A DNA stretch of 64,000 nucleotides from assembly GCF_001194135.2 (NCBI RefSeq), contig NC_068982.1, forward strand, positions 150,373,183-150,437,182. The letters run 5' to 3'. Below the pieces are notes generated by a model. That model worked only from the letters and a program-made list of their open reading frames with translations. It was not told the DNA's origin and ran no database searches. Position 1 is the stretch's first letter; each line of letters opens with the position of its first letter. Shown in pieces: positions 35,901 through 49,420 of this stretch. The stretch comes from Octopus bimaculoides (Eukaryota). The translations under genes were made by a program, and so were the position numbers.

Positions 35901-36990
35901 CTGATGTAGGTTATACAACCAGCCTGTTTTGGATTAATATGTACCCACACCAGCAAATGTAACTAACAATTTCTCAGATGTCAACATTCAACAATCCTTC
36001 TATATAGTACTATAGAGACAGTTTTACTTCACACCCAGAGTTCCTTTGCAACCCTGCCAACTCTGGAGACAATCTTTATGCCAAGCAGCATCGGTTAACA
36101 ACCAAGCTTCTCCCTGTCAGTAACTAAGGTTCTTCTTTTCCCTTAACCCTTTAGTATTCAGATTACTTAGTCATACATTATCTTGTAACTTTGAGATTTG
36201 AATGACATGATTGTGTATTTTTAGAACAATATTGTAAGGTAAGTGTGAGAAGCTGGATCTGGCCAATTTGAACATAAAACCAGTAGAATATTTTGGCTAG
36301 ACAGAGCCAGTTTAAATGCTAAAAATGGTAGATCATACAACTAAGAAATAGATTCAGCAAGAGACATCACAGGCTACCAGTCTTGGACAGAAGTAACTAT
36401 AAATAAGAGCCTACATGAGATAAAAGGGACTCTTCTATCTGGCTTGCACTGGACAATTTCTTTACGGTTGGTGGCACAATATAATGCATACAGTACACTC
36501 TGTAAACTGGCTGATGATAAGGGCATCAAACAATAGGAACCATGCAAAAAATGAAATAAACAAGTAAGATGTGAACTGCACAAGTTGTAAAACAGCCTAT
36601 CCAAGTACAAGTGTAATTACTCTGAATAAGAACTGGAATTACCTGTAAAGTTGTTGTTATTACTAACCATTGGAGGGTGGTGGATTAGCAGAATGGCAGT
36701 ATTTATTTATAACTCCTAAGCTCTATTTCTAAATCCTGTCAAGGTTAATTTTGTTTACATTTTACCAGGATTGATTAAAAAAAAAAGTATAAGTCATGGG
36801 GTGGCGTCAATTTAATCAATTCATGGTCTTGCACCTATGTTTGAAATCATAACCAAAAGTCATAATATTTATTAGAGAATATTAGTGTTGCTGAACAACT
36901 TTCAATTTGTAGAAATCACATCAGATTTAACAATAGTCTTTTAAGCAAGCAAACATGCTGACCAGTACTATGAAGTAGATACATTTATGT

Positions 36991-36991
<1 letters not shown>

Positions 36992-37024
<33 letters not shown>
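36992..37024. repeat. (GA)n microsatellite
   Basis: Directly visible. Confidence 0.9.
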
Positions 37025-37027
<3 letters not shown>

Positions 37028-37729
37028 AAGTGAGTGTGAACTGAAGATTGTTTTATCATTAAGAAAATATTTTAATGGGACTATAGTTTAAGAAAAATCA
37101 ATAGATATGAAGCATTATCTTGAAAAAGAGGCCATTCAAAACAAACATAAAAGAGTTTTCTCAACTAGAACTAGATGTCTTATATGAAATTACTGAAAAA
37201 GTACCTAGCCCAAGAGTCTAAAACAACATACAAGAGACTATAAAACTCCTAATATGTATCAGTAATCATGCTGGTAGCTCATCACAAATAGCTGAAGCTA
37301 CTCAATCAAGATACAAGTAAATATCTTGAGCCAGGATGGACAAGTAAGTTACAAACTAAAATGTTATTTCCATGAAGAAACATCTAATAGATTCTTAGTT
37401 ACGAAATGTAACACAGATAAAAGCAAAACCACTTTCTCCACTCCTCTATAGTAGTAAGTTTTTATTTCAACACTATTTTCTCTTTTCCACACATCATCTC
37501 TCACTTCCTTCTTTTACACAGAATCATAGATTTATTGCTATAACTTTCATGTAAATTCAAATGTACACAATAAAGGATTGGAGTAATGGACAGCTGGAAT
37601 TTCTAAATAGAAGGACCTACTGAGGGCTAAAGACCGAATTCAGCTGGGGCAAAGTTTCAGCCAGAACAAGGGTGATATGGTGATGGAAGTGAGATAGATA
37701 GGACTATAAAAGCAAAGAACCAGGCTTGG

Positions 37730-38600
37730 AAAGATTGGAAAATGGAGGCAGCAAAGAATTATATCAGAAAGGTAGCTAGATGACAGCTTTATTAAGCAAA
37801 GGCAGAAGCAAAAAGGGAAAAGTTTGCCAATGTCATATAGTATGAGGTGTTTTGGATTGTAAGACAATGTATCAGAAAGAATCGAGATATTGTCGGAGAG
37901 AAGTGAGTATGGATGTTTAATGATATGATTCAAAAAAGAAAGTAACACTTCCATGCCTTTATGGAAGTGTTACTATGAAAGGGTATTAAATGTGGAAAAT
38001 GCATGGGATAATCTTTCCAACATGGACCCAACAGAGGGATCAGCTATCCTAGTATGATAGATATGGCAATTAAGGATATAGAGATAAGGAAAGCCCCTGA
38101 TCTACTGTGTATCACAACTGAGATGCTTAAAATATCTGTAACCTAATGTCCATGTTCCATGCTGGCATAGATCCAGAGGCTGCATCATGAATGTCTTCTT
38201 TGGCATGGTTTCTACAGCTGGATGCCCTTCCTAATGCCAACCCTAGCCCAATTAATTAGGAACAGAATTAGAATGGATGAAGTTTGGTTTTGTGCCAGGG
38301 AGAAGTACTACTGATGCCATCTTCCTAGTAAGAGAACTGCAGAAGTATTGAACTAAAAGTAAACCATTGCACTTGGCATTTGTTGACCTGGAGAAAGCCC
38401 TCAACAGAGTCACTGCCTCTATGATCTGGTGATCTTTGAGGAAGTTAGGAGTAGATAAATGGCTTGTGAAAGCCATGTACAGGGATACTATCAATAATTG
38501 AAAGTTAGTCATGAGTGCAGTGATGAGTTCACCAGGGCTCAGTTCTCTGTCCCCTTCCATTCATCATTGTCATCCAGGCCTAACAGAGGAGCTTATGACC
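37730..38600 (+). mobile_element. Degenerate RTE LINE fragment with a nested inverted SINE (38150-38250)
   Basis: GFVPGRSTTDAIFLVRELQ...LHLAFVDLEKA reverse-transcriptase motif. Confidence 0.85.
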
Positions 38601-39789
38601 TGTTACCTTTATACTCTGAAGGTTTGCTCTGGTTTCCCATCACTAGCATTTTATTGTCTTCCCATTTACTCCCGACCACCCTTAAAAAAGGCAGGGTAGC
38701 CATGTCTTTTCTCTATAGCAAGATACCTGCATTTATTTGTCCCTCTACCATATTTAAATTTCTCAACACTTGGGATAAAGCCACCTCCCTTCTCTCAAAT
38801 AGTCCCTGCACCAATGAGTCAGGAGGGCTTTTCTTTTCCCTTTTCATATTCTTACCTGTTTTGTAAGTTACTTTGTGACCTCACTGGTGCTGGTGGCACA
38901 AGAAAAGTACTTAGTACACACTGTTAAGTGGTTGGTATTAGGAAGAGTATCAAGCCGCAGAAACCATGCCAAAGCTGACATTAGAGCTTGACACAGTCCT
39001 GCAAACTTATTAAACCATTAAACTCATGCAAACCTTAAATAGTGATGATAATGATGATGATGATGAAGAACAATTAATTTATTACTACACATTTGTTTTT
39101 TATCTCTGAACTTTGCTGAATTTGTAGAAATCCCAACACATTTAACAGTATTCTTTTAAGAAAGCAAAAAGAAAAACACCAGCCAGCAGTTCTGGGTGGT
39201 TTCCACTTCTTTTCATTACACCATTATTCTGACTGCATCTTGTAAGTTTATTTATTGTTAACTATCCCATCCACTTCTAGAAATTCAAACTTTACAAACA
39301 AAACATACAGCCTACCCTAAGCCCTGCTTTTTGATCCAAAACAAATCTAATATACTGTAAACATACACTACCTCTTTCCTTTCTTAATCTACCCCTGTCT
39401 TTCTCTTTTCTTCATTGCCTTTGCTGTTTGAGCACTCTTAGCAGTATTATAGAGACATAGGCCACAATGAAGACTGCTCAATTAGGAGAGCAGAAATTTT
39501 AAATCAAAACTCTGCAGGAAGATAATATGAACTCTGAACAAAGACAACCTATTTAGAAGAACAGTAATTCTAAATAAAAACAGACACAGAGTAGTAAGGA
39601 CCCTTTATTTTGGCAAACAATTTCTCTAGTATTCGTGATATGATAAAGTACATCTAGTCCATGTGTAAAGTATTTGATGACAGGAAAGGAATCAAACCCA
39701 TTAATTCATACTAAAATTAAGACAGCCACAATCCTTATATGCAAGAGTAGTACTTGTGTTAATACTGCAATGGTATTGAGAATGACCAG

Positions 39790-40620
39790 TGCACTTGGCA
39801 TAATTGACATTAAGAAAAAGACATGGAAGTGTTGTACAAGGGGTTGCTGAATATGGAGAATGCATGTGAGAAAGAAAGCCTTTCCTAAGTAGAATTAAGA
39901 GAGATCAGATACTGAAGTCGACTGATGTATAATCAAAAGCATGATTAAGGATAGGAGATGTGATGCTAAAAATAACAACAATGTAAGGCTTGCATTAGTC
40001 ACTTGCATACTCAATCAAGTAGTACAGGAAGATGACATAACCAATGACTAGTTTGGCAGTGTCAAATTGATGGACAAAGTTATGAAGATAATAGAAAAAT
40101 TTATAGCTTAACAGATTAGCAGATAAATTAGTTTAGATGAGATTCAGTTTAGGTTTGTGTTGAGTCAAGGTACCTTTGATTCTCTTTTCACAGAGAGACA
40201 ATTACAACCAAAGTTCTTAGCTAAAAGTAAGCTACTATATCTAGCAGTCACCAGTCTGGAGAGACTTTGATAGGGTACCTTGCTTGTAGTCTGGTGGTCA
40301 CTAAGAAAGCTAGATATAGCTGAATGGCTTCTGAGCAATGTACTGAAGTAAGTCAGCAAGTTGAGAGTTAGTAATGAGTTCAAAAAGGAATTTAGCACAC
40401 AAGGTAGGTAGGTATACAGCAGGGTTCAATTCTCAGTATTATGCTATTTACTAAAGTTCTTCAGGCCATAAGAGGAATTCAAAACTGGCTATCCATGGGA
40501 ACTCAGTATGCCAATGATCTAGTTCTCATAGTGGAATCTATCCAAGTATTTAGAGAATAAATTCCAAATGTGGAAGCCATATTTAAAATGGGCCTCAAAG
40601 TAAAACAAGTAAAAACAAAA
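39790..40620 (+). mobile_element. Highly degenerate RTE LINE fragment
   Basis: PWEL/YANDLV-like remnant near 40490-40530, similar to the other RTE copies here. Confidence 0.6.
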
Positions 40621-42249
40621 AATATTTTATGAAGAAAACATTTGTTGCTAATTACAATTCTGAGGTGGAAGTATTGAATAAAAGATTGATTGGATTAAAT
40701 AATTTGAATGTCTGTGATAATTAAGACTATCTTTTTTTTTATAACACCTAATCAACTCTGACTTGTGAATCATGTTCTAATATCAATTGCTTTCACTATG
40801 ACATAAGTTAATTTTATTTACTTTTCTCTCACAACAAGACCATTAAATACCATTAAATAACATTTCTCTTTATAAACATTAATTTACTATTGTTTTGATA
40901 GTCATATTTTATCACTCCCACTCAAACACACTCAAAGCACTTACATCCCCCCTCCCTGTATCATTCATTATATGCTGGCTTTATTGACATTCCAGTCATG
41001 GGTATTGTTTTTTATCCCGTTATATTATTTTCTGAATTGAAATTTTCAATATGTTTTTACCATTTTAAAATAGTAGGGAGTAGGTTAAAAAGGATTTGGC
41101 TGTTATCACAAGCGTGTCCAATAACTATGTACAAGCTCCTATATTGGAACAAGGATGTAGACTATCAGAGATGAAGGAGAAACAGCAACTGTCATACTAC
41201 AGCTGAAACCTCTTTACTTGCCTCTAGTGAAGCTCCTACTAGAGTCTACAAGTATACGGGAATAGCAAAAGACATGAAACACTCAGATTGTCACAATTCA
41301 TTCCTTCCATCAAATAAACTGCTCTAAGTTGGAATAGTCTATATAAAAAGCTATGGATCACACCCTGTTGTTCAACTAACTATATAAATATCATACAGCT
41401 GTTCAACCAGGGTTCACTAAATCTAAATAACAACAGCCTACACAACAACAACCTTCACTTTTTGACCAGTCATCCTGTCTCAAGATGCATTCCTCTGTAA
41501 TTCACTCTATGCTCATGTTTTCGTCTCCTATATTAACTACTTGTTATCTCTAATTCCCTGAAGAGGGATAACATTTACTCATCTTCACCAGACTAACAAA
41601 TAAATAATTTAGAATGGGTACATAATTATTAAAATCAATCCCAAAACAGACAATTGGAGCCTGATGCAACTCTCTGGCCAGCCAGCGATATACTGTGCTT
41701 GAGAAAATCTGTCAAATAGTTGTGGCCAATGCCAGTGTCACATAAAAAGCACCCATTACTCTCTTGGAGTGGTTGGTGGGCATCCAGCCATACAAACCAT
41801 GCCAAATGAGATTGGAACCTGGTGCAAACATCCATCTAACCCATGCCAGTATGGAAAGTAGACACAAAATGATGATGATGATGATAGTATAAGATCAGAG
41901 ATTTGTAAAAGTGGATTGAGTATGTGTAATTGTTTCAATACCCTTTGTAACTGATAGCCATTTTATCCACCCTGGAAAAAATTTGAACTTTGTTGGGGTA
42001 AGTAACTATATACCAATAAAGAAAATTGAGTCCAACTTTCTACCATCTCAACCACTCCAACAACAGCAATAATAATTTAAGAACTGTGGTTGGCAGAAAC
42101 ATTAGAGTGTTAGACAAAATATCTTGCAGAATTTGTTTCAACTCTAAACATTCTGAGTTCAAATCTTGAAATGCAAATCCTTTGCATTTCATCCTTTCAG
42201 TGTTGATAAAATAAAATATTCAAGTACTGGAGTCAATATAATCTACTAC

Positions 42250-42640
42250 TTCCCACCTCCCAAATTTCTGGTCATGTCCCTACATAAGAAATTAACGAGA
42301 AAGATATGCCATAATATACATCTGGAAGATCCTCGAAGGAATTGTCCCAAACTTTGGCATCGAAAGTTACACAAATAAAAGAACTGGACGCCATTGCATA
42401 GTGCCAAAGATGTAGGACAAGCTACTGCAATAGCCTGGGCTTCAGAGGTCCACAGCTCTTCAATATCCTCCCGAAGGACCTGAGAGACCTGCATGCGGTG
42501 GATGTAGGTGTCTTCAAGATGAGGCTGGACCTCTTCCTGTCAGGTGTCCCAGATGAACCAACTTCACGGCAGGAGGTGCGGATGAGAGCAGCTGTATCAA
42601 ACTCTCTCATGCACCAAATGTCAATTCCTGAAGTAAAATT
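42250..42640 (+). mobile_element. CR1/L2-like LINE 3' end
   Basis: One frame reads SLGFRGPQLFNILPKDLRDLHAVDVGVFKMRLDLFLSGVPDEP, typical of CR1-group C-termini. Confidence 0.7.
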
Positions 42641-43552
42641 TGTGAAGTAAAATTGTGTAGCAACACCAAATGGCAGTGCCCCAGCATGGCCACAGCTCAT
42701 GAGCTGAAACTAGATAAAATGAAAAAAAAAAATTAATAATAGCATTTCTGTATTTGATGAAACATTCAGCAAGTTGATAATGTTAGCTACACCATGTACC
42801 TGTAATAGAGAGGATAGAGGACACCTACTATAGCTACAACAGAACTAGACAGATTTAAGAGCTACTGTAAAATAAAATATTAAATACTAGCAACAACAGA
42901 ACATTTAAATGGTCACTAGTGGCAAGAAATAGCAACTTGCTGCCTTACGTAAAGAAAAAGGTACATTAGATAATGCAGCCCTGAATACCATTAAAAAGAG
43001 AAGGCAGTCATGGTTGGAATGTCTTTGATTATCAAACTGCTTGATTGAGATTCACCTCAAGAACAACTTTTGATGTTAATCTTTTTAAAATGAGTGAGTG
43101 GTGCGCGCACACACACGTGTGTGTGTTCATGTATGTACATGTGTGAATACGTATTTATCAGGTTGTTTCAGAACAATTATTTAATGTTCTTAGCTGACAT
43201 GGCTTAAGACTTATAGATTATAGCTGATTAGTATTTCCGTTTCAACTTTATTCACCACTGGGCCAATGACTATGGAATTAGAACTATTTAAGACCTATTT
43301 AGCTTATTTGTTTACTGACAACTATAAAAGCACACAAAAATTTGAAGTATGAGGAACAGTTTAAACTTGCAGATAAATGTGAATTAGCATGGGTCCACTG
43401 ACTAGCTTATTTCAATGTATTGATAATTACAAACAAAAAAAGTTTCAACTTTGAGGAAAACCTGTCAGAAATAACAGCCAAATCTGTACCCTCCAATGTA
43501 AGAAAAAGGAGAGAAAGGTCAGCTAATACAGTCATAAAATACTTAAAATTAA

Positions 43553-45960
43553 CTCTCTGGTGTTGCGGTTTTGTATTTTTCATAGTTAGTGCGGTGGGGT
43601 ATGGAGAACTCCACTCATAGTTTAGCTATTTTTAGTACTTTTTATTTCTTTATATGTGTTCTGAAGCAATAATATTACCAAAAAACATATTCTGATATAA
43701 TGTATTTATTTAACATGTAAACAAAAACAAACGAGAGTACTCTTTGAAAATGAAGGTCAAACAAAATAAAACTATTTTTTGGTGGGGAGAGTGCTCCTTT
43801 CATGTTAACTCATTCTTTGCACTATCATCCTCATCACTCTGAGCGAAGCAGTCAATCCAAATGTACATAGCATGTTCCAAGTAGATGGGCTTATAGCAGT
43901 TCTGGTAGCAATTTCTTGTCTTATGATCTTTTGCCCTGGGGCACAATGAGCATCTTTGTATGGAATCTTCACAATGACATTTTGGAGGTAATTCCTTAGA
44001 TGCCGAGAAATGTTGAATCTTCCTTTTCAAGTCTTTCCTCAAATATGAGTTTGTCTTCTGATGATGGATATGGTCCTCCACCAACTTGAGTCTCAGTTCC
44101 CTCAGAAACTTTAAGCACCTGACAGCTGTTTGAGAGTTTTCCATGAATATATTGTATGCATTTATTCCTGCAACATTGAGTATAGTGTAGAAAACTGTAA
44201 CTGGCCAATGTGAAGTATTTCTGGAAACATTGTAGATGGAATACAAGTGATCCACAGTGTCTACTCCTCCTTTAGTACTGTTGTAGAAGGTAATAATCTC
44301 TGGTTTTCTTTTGTACTTTCATCAATTGTAGCATCATGATGCATTGTGCTCAGTAGGACAACATTTTTATCTTTCTTGGGAACATATGAGGTCAGTGTAA
44401 CATCCTTCTGGAAACCAAACAAGCTTGTGTATTCAGTTTTGCCTCTTGTGGCAAAAAACTGAGGGGGAGGTTCTTTCTTGTTCTTTCTCAGAGTTCCAAC
44501 TAATGCTAACCTGTAATTCTTCAAGAGACCAACTTCAGATCCGTAACTTGTAAACCAATTATTCATTGTAATATTTTTTCCAGACCCATTTATATAAGAC
44601 ACCAACCATTTTATCACTGCTGTTCCTGAATTATCTACTATAGAAGAGCCTTCTGGTTGTTTCCCCAAATAGAACTCCATACATGACACAGAAAGTTTTA
44701 GCATCTGCCAAAATATATTTTTATGCCGTGTTTTGCTGGTTTACTTAGCATGTAGACCCTGAATGGACAGTTCCCTCTAAAAGCAGCTAACATTTCATTA
44801 TAATTGGAGACATTATAACTGGAGATACAATTATCAATAAATTTCTCAAAGAACATTCTAAAAGGTGCCAACTTATCTTCCAGTCTCCTTTCAGCCATCA
44901 AATCTCATAGACCCTTCAGTCATCAAAACTCATAGACTTCAGCAGGAAACAAAATCACTGCAAAGACATAGTTACTGGAAAAATTTCAATTCCTGTACTA
45001 TCAGTTGCCCAAACATCTTCCATATTCATTCAGTTAACACTAAAAACTCCTAACAGATAAAGCAGTCTTATTACAGCTTCCATCTCCCGTTCATTAGTAT
45101 GATCTTCTTTTGATTTAGCTTTATATTTTCCTTGTTTACTGTCAATGTAGATATTAGTGCAAGCTACTAATTCATTCAGAAGTTCTTGTGTGAGAAACGA
45201 AGACCAGCAGTCCTTTGCAGCATACACATATTTTGCTGCTTCTCTTGGTCCTGGTGAATCCTTGTATGTGTTGTGTGCACATGTATGCCATGGAAGACAT
45301 GGGGGAACTTCTTTCCAGAGAGTTTTATTATTTTTGCCTATAAACTGTTTTTTCTGTGTTCTTGGTAGCCTGCTGTTCATCTTCATCATTAGCTTCATCT
45401 GTTTCTTCTAAAGGATCATCTGGTGAAGTCTGCAACATGCCATCTGCTTCAGTTCCTCCCTCTTCATCTGTTGTTTCATCCTCAGCTATACTCTCTTCTT
45501 CCTCTTCATCTGGTTCTTCATCAAGAAATGATCCTGATTCTTCTGTCTAATTCTCTCTCAACCATCTCTCTCAATTTTCCCGTTTGTCTTTAGTAAACCA
45601 TTGTGAATCTGAAAGGAAAGAAGATTTCTCACTTTTGGTCAGTTGACAATAATATATGTGAGAAATAATCAGCCTTTCAGATATAAAAATAAATAAGTAA
45701 AATAAACAATAATAAAGAAAAGGAAACAAAAATGTACCTGTCAATAAATAGTACAGTGAATGGTATGGTGGGTTATGCACAACCCCAGACACAAATAACA
45801 GGTGTGTACACTTCTCATCACTCAGCAAGTAACCAAGTGGAATTGTGCATTACCTCAGTGAAGTGTGCTGAGATGGATAGCACTATAACTGCTGCCAGAT
45901 GTAAGATACACATACAAACATCACCTGGGGTATGAGATATCCCACTGCACCACCAGAGGG
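43553..45960 (-). mobile_element. Full-length but broken piggyBac element with TTAA TSDs
   Basis: ttaa|ctctctggtgttgcgg ... ctgcaccaccagaggg|ttaa. Transposase fragments include FRGNCPFRVYMLSKPAKHGIK, NITMNNWFTS...LVGTLRKNKKE, WPVTVFYTILNVAGINAY and a Cys-rich C-terminus. Confidence 0.92.
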
Positions 45961-47484
45961 TTAAGGTGGAAATTAATTTTCTTTCTATATAAACTATATA
46001 GAGTTACACCCCTTCACATTCTGAGTTCAATTTTCACATCTTTCTTTCACAAGGGACTGTATCTCACCCCATCTTCAATGTTTCTAACTTTGAACCTATG
46101 TCAAAAATAATTACATCTCTACACATTTTGGCAAAAATATGAACATACACAAAACAATGGAATCGCAATCATAATATTTAACCCTCATTTTAAGGGTTGA
46201 TATAGTATATTTTAATTCAAGACATTAATAGATGATTATCATTTAACCCTTTTCCTTTATAAATCATCATCATTGTTTAATGTCTACCTTCCATGCTGAC
46301 ATGGCTTGGACGGTTTGACAGGAGCTGGCCAGACAGGAGCCTGCACCAGACTTGTGTCTGTTTTGGAATAGTTTTTACAGTTGGATGTCCTTCCTAACAC
46401 CAACCACCCAGCAGAGTGGACAAAATGGAAACAGAAATTAATATAAGGAGAAATAAAGTAAATAAAGATGTTAATATCTCTCTCAATATGGTAAGCTGAT
46501 CTTGCAGAATAAGTAGAGCAATGGACAAAACGTCTTGCAGCATTTCTTTATGTTGTGAGTGCAACTTTGCTCTCCATCCTTCTAGGGCTGGTGAAGTAGT
46601 GAAATCAATTTTAATTGACTGTTCTCCAGCCTTAAAATATGTGGATATAAAATGAACTAGAATGCCTGACCTACAAGAAATAACAGTCAAGTCTCCCTCA
46701 TATCATTCACCTTCTTAAAAACAAAAAGAAAAGAAAGTACACACTATGTAGTCTAGATGTATATTATGTACTCCAATATATACAAAAAGATGGGTTAGTT
46801 ATAGCTGGAATGGCTCAGTAAGATTTGAACTAGCAACATAAAGGGAAAAACTAAAACAGGTAAGGTATTATATAAGCAACAATATATGATAAAGAACATA
46901 ATTCTGATCACATCACACATTTATGTACAGACCACACTCACACATCACCTAAAAACAAAAAAAAAACAATATTGAAAATGAAAGACAACTTGGACATGCA
47001 TGAAGTACAGCTTGTTTCTGCAACAAGTTACAACTCACACAGTACCTGTCACTATGTGTTCACCCCAATCCCCAAAACATATTTACATCTCAGAACACCA
47101 CAGAACTATCCTAAGTGAATGAGAGAGAGCATTTGTGTGGTGGCTTGACTTATAAAAAGAGTTGTCAAATAGCACACTACCATCTTGAAAGAGAATAGAA
47201 ACACTGAATAATGTAGCCCTTGATGTAATAATATTCAAGAGAATAATTGGATCTGCTCAGTCATGGATGACTTGGGGCTAAACAACTACAACACCATCTT
47301 AACACTATTCTTCTTGTTCAGTTGAGACAAAACTATATGCATAGATGCTGGTATGGCTTGCAACCATGTGGTTTCACATTCAGTCCCATTGTTTGGCACC
47401 TTTGGCAAGTGTCTTCTGCTACAGTCCTGGGCCAAATAAAGCCTTGTGACTGGATTTGGGAATCAGAAACTGAAAGAAGTCCAG

Positions 47485-47585
47485 TGTGTGTGTGTGCGTG
47501 TGTGTGTGTGTGTGTGTGCGTGTGTGTGTGTGTGTGTGAGAGAGTCCAACCCATACCAGCATGGAAAACGGACATTAAAGGAGGA

Positions 47586-47618
<33 letters not shown>
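47485..47618. repeat. (GT)n and (TA)n microsatellites at SINE tails
   Basis: Directly visible. Confidence 0.9.
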
Positions 47619-47621
<3 letters not shown>

Positions 47622-48099
47622 AGGTGTACTCTTGTCTTGACACTGTGTGACAGTTGTGAATAGGCATCAGCATCCTACAAGGGACGTTGTTTGTTTCTAG
47701 TCTTCTGTGAAAAACATGTCTGGCCATAGGGAAATATTACCTTGCTGGAAAACAGTGACAGTCGGTCATAGGAAGTGTATCCATCCATAGAAAATCTGCC
47801 TCAACATGGAAAAGAGAATGTTAAAACAATGATGGTGTATCCGTGTACTCTGCAAAAATGTACAAATGTACCCAGTAAAAGGCTGAACTAAAATAGCTTG
47901 AAATCTTAAACCAATTTTGTTGGAAACTTGCTCTTCCTAACCAAAATATGTGGGAGACACAGACTCAGTGCTTTGGCTTTTTCATTGGTTTGATTTGAAG
48001 TAAAGGGCTGTACTCATTGTCTTTGAGACTGGTACAGATTCCTCTTTGAGCAATGTCAGAGTGATGCCGAAAAGAAGAAAATGGTCAGAGAAGAAATTA

Positions 48100-49420
48100 T
48101 GCAAAGCTGAACTGTCATTCTAGGAAGGAAGGACTGGGCATAGTGGTTAGTGTAAATCAAGGGGGTGGGGCCAGACACAGTATGAGTAATGAAAGGAAGC
48201 AAGACAAATCAAGAGTACATGAAACCAGCCAGCTCCAAGGAGTAGAATCAACTGTAGTAGAGGTAGAAAAGGTAAAGTGAGGGGACAGCATATGTCTGGG
48301 CTGGAACTTAGAATTTTCTGGCTTGGGAGAGGAAGGTTAGTTTTTGTGATGCACTTTGTAGCAACCTTGAGGGTTCTAATTGTAAGTTGTTCATGTTTAG
48401 GAAGGAGAGTGTATACCAGTTTTTTTTATGTGCAGTGATTATGTATGTGATATTGATATGACCTCATTGGAGAATCGTTACTTTGAAGTGATTTGCAGTT
48501 CTGATGGAGTGGAAAGAGACAAAATGTGCATAGTGAAGTTGGATACATTCATAGAGGTTTTTTCTGCGGTACTGGAGAAGTGGAAGGGAGGAGGATTCCA
48601 CAAAGTTGTTGGAAATCCATTTGACAAGGACCCCAAAAATTAGCTGCACTTTGGGAAGTTTTAGATAATGGTCTTGAAGGAGATGTAGTACTGGCTAAGA
48701 GCCAACAAGTTTACAGTAGTAAGTAATTTTTCTCCAAGTGTTGCAGGTCATGCCTGTTGCCTGAACTATTGCAATGCAGCTATGAAAGCACCACTTTTGG
48801 TTATGTGTGGGATGTGGAAGGCCATTCTAAAGAGGATGGTTTCAACCACTTACCTAGCTGTACTTGATGGTTCAGTGATAACACTTACCACCAGAGATAG
48901 TTAATAGAATTGAGTTCCAACTTGGCTTCAAGTGCCACAGAATGCAGTAGGTAGAAGTGTTGCTTTGTATGTGAATGTGTGGATGGTAATCTCAATAAGA
49001 CAGTGGTTAAACCCAATAGATGTGGTGAAAAAGAGATAACAGATGTGATGTTTGAATTTCTGTGTTAGTTAGGGATGCAGGGGATGAAATTAATTGGTGT
49101 AAAACAATGGAGATTGCAACCATCAGTATGAGAGGAGTGGAAAGCACTGAAGATACCAAGAATGATACATCAGAAAAATGTGAGGTGAGATATATTTCTT
49201 TGATAAAGATTGAAGAGGATTGGGTTGCTAGAAGAGTTTGAGCCAAAGTAACTGTAAGACCTTGCTGCTGATGTCCAAGGAAGAGTGATGAGTGTCAAGA
49301 AGAGTAGACTTTATATAGGTACAGAAACCTCCTTTCAAAAAGAAGTTCAAGTACAAAGTGTAGCTTGGATAGCAGAAATGAGTTATAAAGTACCAGGTAA
49401 GAGCTTGGTTTTGAGACAAA
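48100..49420 (-). mobile_element. Degenerate CR1/L2-group LINE (APE and RT remnants)
   Basis: KGGFCTYIKS...LWLKL endonuclease-like and LVKWISN RT-like fragments. Confidence 0.6.
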
